A stretch of 64,000 nt of DNA from a virus. Under the pieces are notes generated by a model. That model ran no database searches and had not been told where the DNA came from. It worked only from the letters and a program-made list of their open reading frames with translations. A program made the translations under genes and the position numbers. Below are positions 19,765 to 29,830 of this stretch, one piece after another; position 1 is the stretch's first letter, and the number at the start of each line of letters is the position of its first letter. Location of the stretch: IMG/VR virus record IMGVR_UViG_3300025997_000005, one strand, 5' to 3'.

Positions 19765-20034
19765 ATGCAAATATTAGTTAGTATTGATGGCGATGGACAC
19801 TTCATGGCCGCATATCCAAGTGATAGAAAATCAGTGATAAAATTATTAGAAAGTATCAATGATGGTGATTATTATTATGACATTATAAATGATAATGGAA
19901 TAAAATTACCTTCTGATATATCAACTATGTGCTGTCAAGATTGGGATGATTTTATCCAAAATTTTACCCAAAGAGGTATGTTAGAATATGTAGAAATTCC
20001 TAATATAATTCCTAAAGCTTGTGAGTGTGTATAA
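19765..20034 (+). CDS. Hypothetical protein
   Basis: ATATTTATA motif upstream. Confidence 0.6.
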   Translation: MQILVSIDGDGHFMAAYPSDRKSVIKLLESINDGDYYYDIINDNGIKLPSDISTMCCQDWDDFIQNFTQRGMLEYVEIPNIIPKACECV

Positions 20035-20114
20035 AAATAAATCACAAAAAACGGGGTTTATATACCTAAAAAGCGTACATTTGCTTTAATTAACAAAAAA
20101 ATTTATTATATTGT

Positions 20115-20645
20115 ATGGATGTAACCAAGATTACAAAAGTCTCTGTCTTCGATTTTGACGGTACGTTAATAGACACTACGATGCCTGATGAGGGTAAAAA
20201 ATTATGGAAAGAGAAAACTGGTGAAGACTTCCCACACAAAGGTTGGTGGAGTAAAAGAGAGTCACTTGATTTAAACATTTTCCCTAATAACGCCTTTGAT
20301 GATATGGAAAGTGAATTTAATAAAGCCAAATCACAACCTGATACTTTTGTAGCATTATGCACTGGTAGAATCACACCATTAACAAATCAAGTTAAAGCTA
20401 TTTTAAAGAAACATGGTTTTAAGTTTGATGACGTTGTTTTAACTGGTGATAAGAGATTTAACAACGGAGCTAATAACACATTATCATTTAAAATAAACTA
20501 TCTAAATTCATTACAAAAACAATTTCCAAATTTAAAAGAAATTACTTTTTTTGATGACCGTAAAATACATACCGATGCATTTTTAGAATGGGGAAAAACA
20601 CAAAAAATTACATTTAACCATCATTTAGTTGAACGTGGGGAGTAA
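20115..20645 (+). CDS. HAD phosphatase (Swiss-army-knife RNA repair HAD-like)
   Basis: VFDFDGTL, WWS, CTGR, FFDDR. Confidence 0.8.
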   Translation: MDVTKITKVSVFDFDGTLIDTTMPDEGKKLWKEKTGEDFPHKGWWSKRESLDLNIFPNNAFDDMESEFNKAKSQPDTFVALCTGRITPLTNQVKAILKKHGFKFDDVVLTGDKRFNNGANNTLSFKINYLNSLQKQFPNLKEITFFDDRKIHTDAFLEWGKTQKITFNHHLVERGE

Positions 20646-20729
20646 TACACCACGTAAAAAGACAAGAAAATCATTACGACACCAACATGTAAAACACTAA
20701 ATAATTATAAATTTTAACCTAATTAAATA

Positions 20730-21584
20730 ATGAAATCAGTCGAAATTAAACAATCTATCACAAATCGTGACTCTCATGCCTTGAAGTCATACTTCCAAGA
20801 ACTTGCAAAAATAAAAGTTTTAAAACATGACGAAGAATACGAGATAGCTTACTTAGCCTTTAATGGTAATGAAAAAGCTAAAGAATTATTAGTAAAACAT
20901 AACCTAAGATTTGTTATAAGTGTTGCAAAACAATACGAAAAATCTCAGCTTAGACTTGAAGATTTAATCAATGAGGGTAATATAGGATTGGTTATCGCTT
21001 CATCTAAATTTGACCCATCAAGAGGTTTTAAATTCTTATCATATGCAGTATACTGGATTAGACGTTATATTTTATCTTTTATTGCTGAAAATGGTAAAAC
21101 AATTAGATTACCAAATAACAAAATTAACGTTATTACCAAGATAAAAGAAGAATTTAATATTCTTGAACAAAAATTACAAAGGTCACCATGTTATGATGAA
21201 GTTGTACATGCATTAGATGGTGTTTTTTGTGAAGAAGATGTGGCATTTTATTTTGATTCAATTGATACTCATACAATCTCTTTAGATGCTGAAATGGGTC
21301 ATGAAGGTTCAACAACAGCCTTGTATAATCTTATTCAAGAAACCAATAACATTGATGCATCACACTATCTAGATGAAGAAGATACTAAAAAACGTCAAAA
21401 CGCCATTTTAAATCTTTTAGATAAAGATATTGAGCGTGAAGTTGTTAAATTAATCTACGGTTTGGATGGGCAAGAACCTATACCGCTTAAGACAATAGGC
21501 TTCTTATTAGGTATTACAGCTGAGAGAGTTAGACAAATCAGAGATGAGTCTTTGGAGAAATTAAAATTAAATTTAGTAAAATAA
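20730..21584 (+). CDS. RNA polymerase sigma factor, RpoD/SigA family (second paralog)
   Basis: LVKHNLRFVISVAKQY, KFDPSRGFKFLSYAVYWIR, GITAERVRQI. Confidence 0.95.
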   Translation: MKSVEIKQSITNRDSHALKSYFQELAKIKVLKHDEEYEIAYLAFNGNEKAKELLVKHNLRFVISVAKQYEKSQLRLEDLINEGNIGLVIASSKFDPSRGFKFLSYAVYWIRRYILSFIAENGKTIRLPNNKINVITKIKEEFNILEQKLQRSPCYDEVVHALDGVFCEEDVAFYFDSIDTHTISLDAEMGHEGSTTALYNLIQETNNIDASHYLDEEDTKKRQNAILNLLDKDIEREVVKLIYGLDGQEPIPLKTIGFLLGITAERVRQIRDESLEKLKLNLVK

Positions 21585-21608
21585 TTTTGTATTTTAATTA
21601 ATTTTTAT

Positions 21609-21908
21609 AAAAGGGAGCGTAAAACCCACAGGTCTTTAGCCTGTGGGATGTAAGCGACTAACCTTGTGAAAGGATATACTCACGAATGGTATCAGGAGAA
21701 GCCTCACCGATTGAGCAAACGAAATAACCATCTGACCAAAAAGTATGTTCTTTCCAAAAATGTTTAAATAAGAATGACCTGTGAGATGAACGCCAAATGT
21801 GATAAGTAATTTCGGGGTTAGGGACAACCCTTTGTACGCTAACGTGAGCCATTAGGCTATGCGTTGTGCAAGAAGCCCACACATCTTTTTAGTGTGTGGG
21901 TAGTTCAC
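21609..21908. mobile_element. Internally deleted IS200/IS605 element with tnpA 3' fragment
   Basis: After TTAT; left end GGAGCGTAAAACCC; minus-strand FWSDGYFVCSIGEASPDTIREYILSQG; right end GGGTAGTTCAC. Confidence 0.85.
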
Positions 21909-22090
21909 TACATAACATAGGGGTCAATTGGTATAATGGTCAGGGTAAATTATATAAAGAGTTTGGATATCCACCTTTCTGGAATGAACCTGAAAACCTA
22001 GAATTAATATAATATTTTACGTCTTTTTATTACTTTTCAGTATATTTATAGTATAACTGTAATAAGTTTGATGTGTAAAGTTATAATATA

Positions 22091-22471
22091 ATGGAAAAAA
22101 ATAAGATTAAAAAAATATTGCGAGAAATAAGTGTTGGGCTATCTGAAGCTCCCAACCCACATATTCAGCATGCTGTTAAGCCTAAATCTAACGATGAAGC
22201 GGCTAAAGATAACGATTATGAAAAAGTTGTCAAGTTATTAGATAATGACCTTATCAATCATGCAGCAATTGTTCGTAGAATGAAAGGTGAAGAATGGTCT
22301 AATAATAGTGAAGCTACCAACAGGTCTAAATTCAGAAAGAAAGTTAAGAAAATGCAAAATGATGAAGGTGGTACTTACATGTTTGATGAAGATGAATTAG
22401 GACAAATTCAAAAAGTTCTTATGAATTTTTCTTCAACAATAAATCATTCATTAGGTAGGCAAGGAAGATAA
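22091..22471 (+). CDS. Hypothetical protein, putative late/virion-internal
   Basis: ATATTTATA upstream; leader MEKNKIKKILRE...LSE. Confidence 0.6.
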   Translation: MEKNKIKKILREISVGLSEAPNPHIQHAVKPKSNDEAAKDNDYEKVVKLLDNDLINHAAIVRRMKGEEWSNNSEATNRSKFRKKVKKMQNDEGGTYMFDEDELGQIQKVLMNFSSTINHSLGRQGR

Positions 22472-22472
22472 T

Positions 22473-22838
22473 TTGAGTAAAAAAGTAGACACTAATGACA
22501 TTAAAAGTCTAATCGATAACATTCATGAGACTTTTGACCAATTACTATCATTAAGAGAACAAGCTAAAAAAGAATTATCTGAATTAGATAAAGACTTATC
22601 AAATCAATATCATAATATTGAAGGTACTGAAATTGACCATATGTGTGATTCACATTTTATGGTCATGAAACTAAAAGATATTCTATATCAACGAAGAACA
22701 GCTAAAATTAATCATACGTTATTGGAATCATTTATCACTGCCCTAGATTTAAATATGAGGAAAACTAAAAAACGGACCGCTGAGATAGTTAAACGACATG
22801 ACGAAGTAATACAAGAAATTATAAATAGAGCCAAGTGA
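22473..22838 (+). CDS. Coiled-coil hypothetical protein
   Basis: Stop codon supplied by the IS right end. Confidence 0.65.
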   Translation: MSKKVDTNDIKSLIDNIHETFDQLLSLREQAKKELSELDKDLSNQYHNIEGTEIDHMCDSHFMVMKLKDILYQRRTAKINHTLLESFITALDLNMRKTKKRTAEIVKRHDEVIQEIINRAK

Positions 22839-22839
22839 A

Positions 22840-24072
22840 CTACCCACCCACAGCATAGCTGATGGGATGGGCTTCTGGTTTCATAGAGTGTGCTTTGTTA
22901 CCAAAGTCTGATTTCCTCTCCACCTTTGTAATCGCACCAAAGTCTGATTTACTCTCCACCTTTGTAATCGCAAGTTCCTCACGATATATTTTTAACCCTT
23001 CATTTAAGATATTGGTGCTTGCATTTAAATCACGGTCTAATTTATGACCATTATTGCAAGTCCACTCTCTATCTGAAAGATTTAAGTCTTGATTTATATA
23101 TCCACAAACACTACAAGTCTTACTTGAGGGATACCAACGATTGATTTTAACAACAGTTTTATCATTCCAATTTGCTTTGTACTCAACAAATCTAACAAAC
23201 GTACCCCAACTTGCATCAGAGATATGTTTGGATAATTTTCTGTTTTTAACCATTCCTTTAATATTTAAATCTTCAAGGCATATTACATCATAATTATTTA
23301 CAATTTCATTACTTACTTTATGTAATACATCTTGCCTTGTGTTTGTGATTTTCTCGTGAATTAAGGCAACTTTGAGTTTTTGTTTTTCAAACCCATTACT
23401 ACCATTCTGTTTACGAGAAAGATGTTGTTGTGCTTTCTTTAATTTTCTTTCATATCTTTTTGTGTATCTATTATTTTTATACTTTATTCCATCAGAAGTG
23501 ATAGCAAAGTCTTTTAAACCTAAATCTATTCCAACCGATTTATAAGTTTTTTTACTTGGATGATATTCTTGTTCAGTGAAAATTGAAACAAAATACTTCC
23601 CAGTTGGAGTTTTAGATATTGTGAATTTACCCACCTCACCTTTAATTTCTCTATGAATATTCACCTTAATACCACCTTTAAATTTAGGTGCGTATATTCT
23701 GCCATCCATAACTTTAGTATGTTGTGGTACTGTAAATGTATTTTTATTCTTTTTTGATTTAAATCTTGGGAACTTAGCGTTACCTCTAAAGAAGTTCACA
23801 TAAGCGGTGTCTAAAGAGCGTAAAGCAAATTGAAGTGTTTGGCTATTCACTTCTTTCAACCAAATGGTGTCTTCTTGTTTTTTTAATTCAGTTAATGTTT
23901 TGGCTTGTCCGTAATAGTTATCGGTTTTTTTATCTGCTTGATACTGTTCCTTACGTTCATTTAAAAAGTGATTGTAAATATACCTAACACAACCAAAGTG
24001 CTTATCCAATAAGGTTTTCTGCTCCTTATTAGGTAATAATTCAAATTTATATGTTCTGTGTATATTCTTCAC
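22840..24072 (-). CDS. tnpB: RNA-guided endonuclease TnpB
   Basis: HTH_OrfB N-terminus, GIDLG, LEDL, SSKTCSVCG zinc finger, DRDLNAS. Confidence 0.95.
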   Translation of the reverse strand: MKNIHRTYKFELLPNKEQKTLLDKHFGCVRYIYNHFLNERKEQYQADKKTDNYYGQAKTLTELKKQEDTIWLKEVNSQTLQFALRSLDTAYVNFFRGNAKFPRFKSKKNKNTFTVPQHTKVMDGRIYAPKFKGGIKVNIHREIKGEVGKFTISKTPTGKYFVSIFTEQEYHPSKKTYKSVGIDLGLKDFAITSDGIKYKNNRYTKRYERKLKKAQQHLSRKQNGSNGFEKQKLKVALIHEKITNTRQDVLHKVSNEIVNNYDVICLEDLNIKGMVKNRKLSKHISDASWGTFVRFVEYKANWNDKTVVKINRWYPSSKTCSVCGYINQDLNLSDREWTCNNGHKLDRDLNASTNILNEGLKIYREELAITKVESKSDFGAITKVERKSDFGNKAHSMKPEAHPISYAVGG

Positions 24073-24219
24073 TCTATTATTAAATAGTCTAAACTTTTGT
24101 AAAAGTACAATATTTTATACGATTTGTTAAGTTTTTTGTAAATTTATTTCATTTGATGCCATATTTTGTTTAAATCATTTCGTCTTTGGTTGTAAATAAT
24201 TTAAACAAAATACTACATT

Positions 24220-24624
24220 ATGCAATCAAATTACATTTCTACAAATCATTCAAAACATTATCTAAAAGCACATATCATATTGGTTACAAAGTATCGTAAA
24301 CCATTATTAGTTAATCAACTAAAGGAAGATATGTACTTAATATTCAACAATATCATAGATAATTCAGATTTTAGTGTAGAGGTCTTCGAGTCAGATATAG
24401 ACCATATACATTTCCTTATCCGTTACATACCACGTCTTTCAATATCACAAATAGTCCGTAGGTTAAAACAAGAATCTACATATCGCATTTGGCAATTATA
24501 CCCAACCTTACTTCGTAGAGAATACTGGTACAAAGATATGTTCTGGTCAGCAGGTTATTTCGTTTGTTCAATAGGTGAAGCAAGTCCAGAAACCATACGT
24601 CAATATATCTTATCACAAGGTTAG
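24220..24624 (+). CDS. tnpA: IS200/IS605 Y1 transposase
   Basis: HIILVTKYR, DHIH HUH motif, FWSAGYF, YILSQ. Confidence 0.95.
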   Translation: MQSNYISTNHSKHYLKAHIILVTKYRKPLLVNQLKEDMYLIFNNIIDNSDFSVEVFESDIDHIHFLIRYIPRLSISQIVRRLKQESTYRIWQLYPTLLRREYWYKDMFWSAGYFVCSIGEASPETIRQYILSQG

Positions 24625-24973
24625 TGTGTCGCTTACATCCCATTGGTGAAACGACCAATGGGTTTTACGCTCCGTTTCGTATAAATTAAAAATTATTTGG
24701 TTTTTTCGTTTTTATAGCACCTGAAACAATCAGCCCGTTTTATGGCAATATTCGTATTCCCAGAAAATTAAAGAAAAAAGTTAAAGCCTTTGTCGGCACC
24801 TCATGGAGTAATAATGATAATGCTAGTAGATTATGGTATTACATGGAAAAAAGTAATCCAAATTATAAGCGATTTTTAATAAAACAAATCTGTGAAGAAA
24901 AAAAACCAAGATTTTATTAGGATATATCAAACATTCTTTTTATCTTTGTATCATAATAATTAAAAACTACATC

Positions 24974-25459
24974 ATGGAAATTACAAAAACATTAGAATTC
25001 AATTCAATTAAAACAATTAGATTAATCAACAAAGACCCTTTACTTCAAAGAGTGCACATCGACAAAACTGGTACATATGGTTTTAATACCTTATTAGAAT
25101 CCGCTGAAAATGGTACGTTAACACCTAAAGAAGTTGAATCTCTTGAAACTATTCACCAAGATGTGATATTGGTTTCTGATAGGCATAAACAACTTTATCA
25201 AGAAATTAAAATTAAACCTGACACACCTAGACGTTACGGTAAGAAACAAGTCTTGGTCGAAGTTAAAAAGCAAGGTGGTAAAGCAACTTCACAACAAGAA
25301 ACGGCATTAGAAATAGCCGATTTAAAGGCTATAGCTGCTACTTTTAATAGTAGAGTTACATCTGATAGATATAAAGGCACTAACAAGCTTACAGATGAGA
25401 AACAACGTATTATCAAAGCGGCCATTAGAGACCTTAAAAAGAAATTAAAAGCAATATAA
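24974..25459 (+). CDS. Hypothetical protein
   Basis: TATCTTTG promoter upstream; 161 aa. Confidence 0.7.
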   Translation: MEITKTLEFNSIKTIRLINKDPLLQRVHIDKTGTYGFNTLLESAENGTLTPKEVESLETIHQDVILVSDRHKQLYQEIKIKPDTPRRYGKKQVLVEVKKQGGKATSQQETALEIADLKAIAATFNSRVTSDRYKGTNKLTDEKQRIIKAAIRDLKKKLKAI

Positions 25460-25718
25460 TAAGATAAATACAAAAATGAAAAGTAACACAGGACAATTGA
25501 TTAGATGTAGAAAATATAATATTAACAACAGCAATAGTAAAAACATCTAACAGTTATTGCTTATACAATTTGTTAGCCCAGTACGCTTTATTAGTAGAAT
25601 TTTAAATTTGGAATATTTATATATAAAATAAAGGACAAATGGAATTGAGAAAATTTATAAAAACAATAATCAAAGAATACTTAATGTCTGGTGCGGATTT
25701 TAAACAAAAAACTTTGAT

Positions 25719-27464
25719 ATGAAAAACGAACGTAGTAATAATATTTTTTTGAGCGAGGGCATTAACGTACTGTCTTTATTTGATGGCATTAGTTGTGGAC
25801 AAGTAGCTTTAGAACGTGCAGGAATTAAAGTAAATAAATACTTTGCTTCCGAGATTGACAAACACGCAATTAAGGTAACTCAAAGCAACCACCCAAATAC
25901 AAAACAGATTGGTGATGTAACCAAAGTAAAAGTAAAATTACTTTACTTATCGGAGGTTTATTCGTATATTTGCAATTATGATAACAATTTACAAAGCAAA
26001 ATTTCCGAATGGGAAATATTATATTGGCTTGACAAGAAATACGCTATGTCAACGAAAGTCGGAACACAAAAGTCGAATGAAGGACAAGAAGTACAAGAAT
26101 TTACCACTTTACAATGCATTGAGGAAATACGGTTTTCAAACAATAGTATGGGAAGTATTACTAAAGGTAGGAACAATACAGGAAGCAGAAAGAATGGAGA
26201 TGAAAATGATTGTAGAAAACCCTTTAAACTACAATGTAGCAGCTGGGGGTATGACTATGAGTTTCACACCCGAAATTTGCAAGAAAATATTAGAGAGTCA
26301 AAAGGGAGTGCCAAAGACAGATATTCAGAAAAAGAGAATATCACAAACATTGAAGAAAAGATTTCAAGACAAAAAGGAGAGGGATTTAATTTCAAAGAAA
26401 ACCAAAGAAGCGATGCGGACTCCAGAAGTGAGAAAGAAATACTTGGAGAGTCGGATGAAGATAGATTACGAAGAGAGGTCAAGAAAAAAGAAAGAGACCG
26501 AAAAGAAGAAGAGATTAATTCTATTGAAGAAATTATCAAAGAATTACAAAGATGGGATGAAGTTGACAAAATTGAAAAGAATTACTGGGATTTCTTACGA
26601 CTTCATAAGGAGGAACAAGTCACGGTGGTTGAGTATGAGGGAGGATTAAACGTATTTAAAGGAAGAATAGACCTTTTATGTGGTGGTTCTCCTTGCCAAG
26701 GATTTAGTTTTAGTGGTAAGCAATTGAACTTTGAAGACCCACGAAGTAAACTATTCTTTGAATTTGTTCGGTTGCTTAATGAAGTGAAGCCTAAATACTG
26801 GCTACTTGAAAATGTGGTAATGAAGCAAGAATACCAAGACGTAATAAGCCAACATTTGGGTGTTGAGCCAGTAAAATTGAATAGTTCTTTAACTTCTGCT
26901 CAAAACCGTGTGAGATTGTATTGGGCAAACTTCGATATTACTGAACCAACCGACAAAGGAATAGGACTTGAAGATATTTTGGAAGATACTGAAATGATTG
27001 GCCCAAGTGCGATACGTGGCAGAAGATTGAATAAAGCCACTATTTTAGGGCGTAGATTAGATGAACTAGGTAAACGACAAGATTATGACAAAACCATACC
27101 AATTACGCAATGCCTTGAAGTAAGAGCAACTAATCGAGATAAAAGTAATTGCCTTACTACCGTAGCAAAAGACACGGTTTTAACGACAATGGAAATAGGG
27201 CGACACCCTGACGCTTTTAATAGGAAATTACCATTTAGGAACTACAATAAAATTGAAAGGTGTAGGTTGATGAATTTGCCTGACAATTATTGTGATGAGA
27301 TAAGTGATAACCAAACAGTAAAAGCGACTGGTAATGGTTGGGAAGTTGGAATGATTACTCACATATTTAACCAAATGGCTGCCCAAGCAGACAAAGAGCG
27401 TGGGGAAGAAAAAAATATTATTACGGCTTATATGCACGAACCATCATTGAAAACGGGAACGTAG
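25719..27464 (+). CDS. DNA (cytosine-5)-methyltransferase with ~240-aa insertion encoded in an alternate frame of a nested endonuclease gene
   Basis: LSLFDG, SEID, GGSPCQ, ENV, QNRVRLYW, GNGW; insert between GDVTKVK and IDLLCGG. Confidence 0.85.
   Translation: MKNERSNNIFLSEGINVLSLFDGISCGQVALERAGIKVNKYFASEIDKHAIKVTQSNHPNTKQIGDVTKVKVKLLYLSEVYSYICNYDNNLQSKISEWEILYWLDKKYAMSTKVGTQKSNEGQEVQEFTTLQCIEEIRFSNNSMGSITKGRNNTGSRKNGDENDCRKPFKLQCSSWGYDYEFHTRNLQENIRESKGSAKDRYSEKENITNIEEKISRQKGEGFNFKENQRSDADSRSEKEILGESDEDRLRREVKKKERDRKEEEINSIEEIIKELQRWDEVDKIEKNYWDFLRLHKEEQVTVVEYEGGLNVFKGRIDLLCGGSPCQGFSFSGKQLNFEDPRSKLFFEFVRLLNEVKPKYWLLENVVMKQEYQDVISQHLGVEPVKLNSSLTSAQNRVRLYWANFDITEPTDKGIGLEDILEDTEMIGPSAIRGRRLNKATILGRRLDELGKRQDYDKTIPITQCLEVRATNRDKSNCLTTVAKDTVLTTMEIGRHPDAFNRKLPFRNYNKIERCRLMNLPDNYCDEISDNQTVKATGNGWEVGMITHIFNQMAAQADKERGEEKNIITAYMHEPSLKTGT
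25978..26649 (+). CDS. GIY-YIG homing endonuclease nested in the MTase gene (+1 frame)
   Basis: TIY...YYIGLT, R..EH, ALRKYG, E, YN; basic NUMOD3-like tail; TATATTTG at 25965-25972. Confidence 0.88.
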   Translation: MITIYKAKFPNGKYYIGLTRNTLCQRKSEHKSRMKDKKYKNLPLYNALRKYGFQTIVWEVLLKVGTIQEAERMEMKMIVENPLNYNVAAGGMTMSFTPEICKKILESQKGVPKTDIQKKRISQTLKKRFQDKKERDLISKKTKEAMRTPEVRKKYLESRMKIDYEERSRKKKETEKKKRLILLKKLSKNYKDGMKLTKLKRITGISYDFIRRNKSRWLSMRED

Positions 27465-27550
27465 CACTTGCAGCTAACGGTTGTGTGTATGAAACGTAGC
27501 CATAGTAAACAGTTGATATAAACCACAGACCTTGATTGGGTATGTTTTAT

Positions 27551-27763
27551 AAAGGAGCGTAAAACCCATTCATCGCTTTAGCGTGAATGGGATGTAAGCG
27601 ACAAAAAGATTTGACTTTTAAAAATAAAGTTGTATATTTTTATTAACTCTGGTTGTGGTATGCAGTCGGAGTATAAACAAAAACGGGATGAGGCGTTACC
27701 ATTAGGTGAGTCTGTGACCCCCGAAGCCCAACCCATCGCCTCTGGCGTGGGTGGGTAGTTCAC
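27551..27763 (+). mobile_element. Non-autonomous IS200/IS605 derivative inserted in an attC arm
   Basis: Near-identical to 8174-8386; follows TTAT. Confidence 0.85.
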
Positions 27764-27890
27764 GTTACATTTAAACCAAATCAAATTAAATCGGTTGATA
27801 ATGATGGAACTTGGGATATTGGGGATAATAACATTTTTTCTTAAATTTGTGTGGTGGGAGAAAAAATAAAACAATGAAAGATTTGAAACA

Positions 27891-28451
27891 ATGAAAGATT
27901 TGAAACAATTTATAAAAACAACGATGCGAGAATTTTTGAATGAGAATAGAGTTTATCATTTATCCGATAATCCAAATTTAAAAATTGATAAAAACTATAA
28001 CCCGAAACAAGGACAATTGGGTAAAGGTTTTTATGTAACAAAAAATATTGATGATTGGGGTATAGAATCTATTGGAAAACGTGATTATATATATGTAATA
28101 GAAAATTTTGAGGAATTAAGAATAGCCAAACCAAATGAACAACCAAATAGGGAACAACTCGTTGATTTTGGAATTAAAAATGGGTTTTATGAAATGGATA
28201 AGGTAATTAAACCTAATGGTGATGTTGTTAAGAATTTAGATGGGAATGATTTAATTAGACCTATTGAAACTGATAAATATAAAAAATATGCAACATATAT
28301 AGACCCGATGACTGGTAGTAGTATTGATTTTTTAGAACAAGAATATTTAAAATCAAAAGGCTTTGATGGCAAAGAACCATATTATAGCAGAGATGGTCAT
28401 CAAATAATTATATGGAATTATGATAAAATCAAATTAAAAAGAATTAAATAA
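27891..28451 (+). CDS. Cassette gene: leader (FIKTTMREFLNE) + ADP-ribosyltransferase-like domain
   Basis: VYH, GKGFYVT, GFDG motifs. Confidence 0.55.
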   Translation: MKDLKQFIKTTMREFLNENRVYHLSDNPNLKIDKNYNPKQGQLGKGFYVTKNIDDWGIESIGKRDYIYVIENFEELRIAKPNEQPNREQLVDFGIKNGFYEMDKVIKPNGDVVKNLDGNDLIRPIETDKYKKYATYIDPMTGSSIDFLEQEYLKSKGFDGKEPYYSRDGHQIIIWNYDKIKLKRIK

Positions 28452-28673
28452 AGTGGGTGGGATTTTCTTTTAAATTTTTCAACCGAAATGTTGGTTAGAA
28501 CGATGAACTGAACACTTACACATAACGTTTTGCGTGTATATGCCAGGTGGCGATTAGAAGCACTTACCTTTCAATTACACAGAATGTTTGATAGAAGAAC
28601 GAATGTTGAATAAACAACAGAACTCCCACTTGCATATATACCTTGTTATAACACGTTTTTAAAAATTAAAATT

Positions 28674-29000
28674 ATGAAAAGAAATATAACCGAAACCCCT
28701 GAAAAGTGGGTAATATTAAAACTATCAAACAATTATTATAAAGTTTTTGGAACTTGGAGTGGTGATTATTTAAATGGTGACAGGTGGAAGTTAAATTCTG
28801 GAATTGAAAAAGTTGAACAAGATGCTGATTTCTATTATTTTATCGGTTTTAGCGGTAGTTGCTACAAATGTCATAAAAAGAGTTATGGAACTGCAACTTC
28901 TTATGGATTAGGTATGTTGAATAAAATAATAGAAGATAGTAATAGTCAGATTGAATTAGTTGAAGATGAGGATATTGATGATTGGTCAAATGGGTGCTAA
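28674..29000 (+). CDS. Cassette gene: phage hypothetical protein
   Basis: PEKWVIL, YYKVFGTWSG.YL.GD.WKLNSGI, GFSGSCYKC. Confidence 0.75.
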   Translation: MKRNITETPEKWVILKLSNNYYKVFGTWSGDYLNGDRWKLNSGIEKVEQDADFYYFIGFSGSCYKCHKKSYGTATSYGLGMLNKIIEDSNSQIELVEDEDIDDWSNGC

Positions 29001-29830
29001 CGTTTAGTGTATGGCAAGTAAGCCACGCACGAAACTATCAAATTACTAATAACTTAATAGAATGAACGAAACTTTAAATAACGCAGAAACCCACCATGTT
29101 TTATACACGGTGTTAGGCACAGTTTTATATCAAATTTGTGCAAAAGGAAAATATGCTTCATTTGATGGAAAAACCAAATATTATAGTAAAAACGCTTACA
29201 TTAACAAACCATCACAAGATGAAATAGATTCTTTTATTGATAAGTGCTGTAACAGTAAACATCCTAAGAATTTATATGATTTGGAAAAGGAAACAGTTGA
29301 AATATTTATTGTTGAATTGAAACTTGCTCGTTAAATAGTGTATAACGGGTTGCATATAACCTAAGTAGCGGACTTTAAAACCAAATGTTGAATATAAAAA
29401 TAAACTTGATATGAAAGAAAAATGGACAATTAACATACCTAACCCGCTATTTTGGTTATATGCTGTTATGTATCGTTTTCATAAGTGTAAATTTGAAAAT
29501 AAATTGTATGATATACCTATGGAAAACAATACAAATTTTCTAGTAACACAATGCAGATGTGGAAAAACTAATATGGTAAGAGCACACAGGGAAAGTGAAA
29601 TGTATAAGGATTGGATTAAATGATACATACCAAGTAGAACAAAATGGGCACTGCGTGTATCAAGGAACTGAAAGTGATTGTAATGAATGGCTTAAATGTC
29701 AGTTAGGGTATTGTGGCTCTCGTGCCGAATTATTAAGCACAAAACTTAATTTGGAACAATAAAGAAAAACAAAAAGAATTTTAGGGTGGAAATTTTAATT
29801 TGGAATATTTATATATATAAAGAAAATACT

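Larger units (their letters stand above)
22835..24680 (-). mobile_element. Complete IS200/IS605-family element (divergent tnpA and tnpB)
   Basis: Right end TTCAC (GTGAAC at 22835), left-end hairpin at ~24628-24680, TTAT target on minus strand at 24681-24684. Confidence 0.92.

Noticed and set aside
25930-26660. Group I intron or intein in the MTase
   Set aside because: Insert is almost wholly the endonuclease ORF with no room for a ribozyme core and no intein terminal residues; RT-PCR would be decisive
6579-27910. Short tandem duplications (25 bp at ~6579, 39 bp in the tnpB tail, 17 bp at ~27874) as a system
   Set aside because: Unrelated sequences; slippage or assembly artefact suffices
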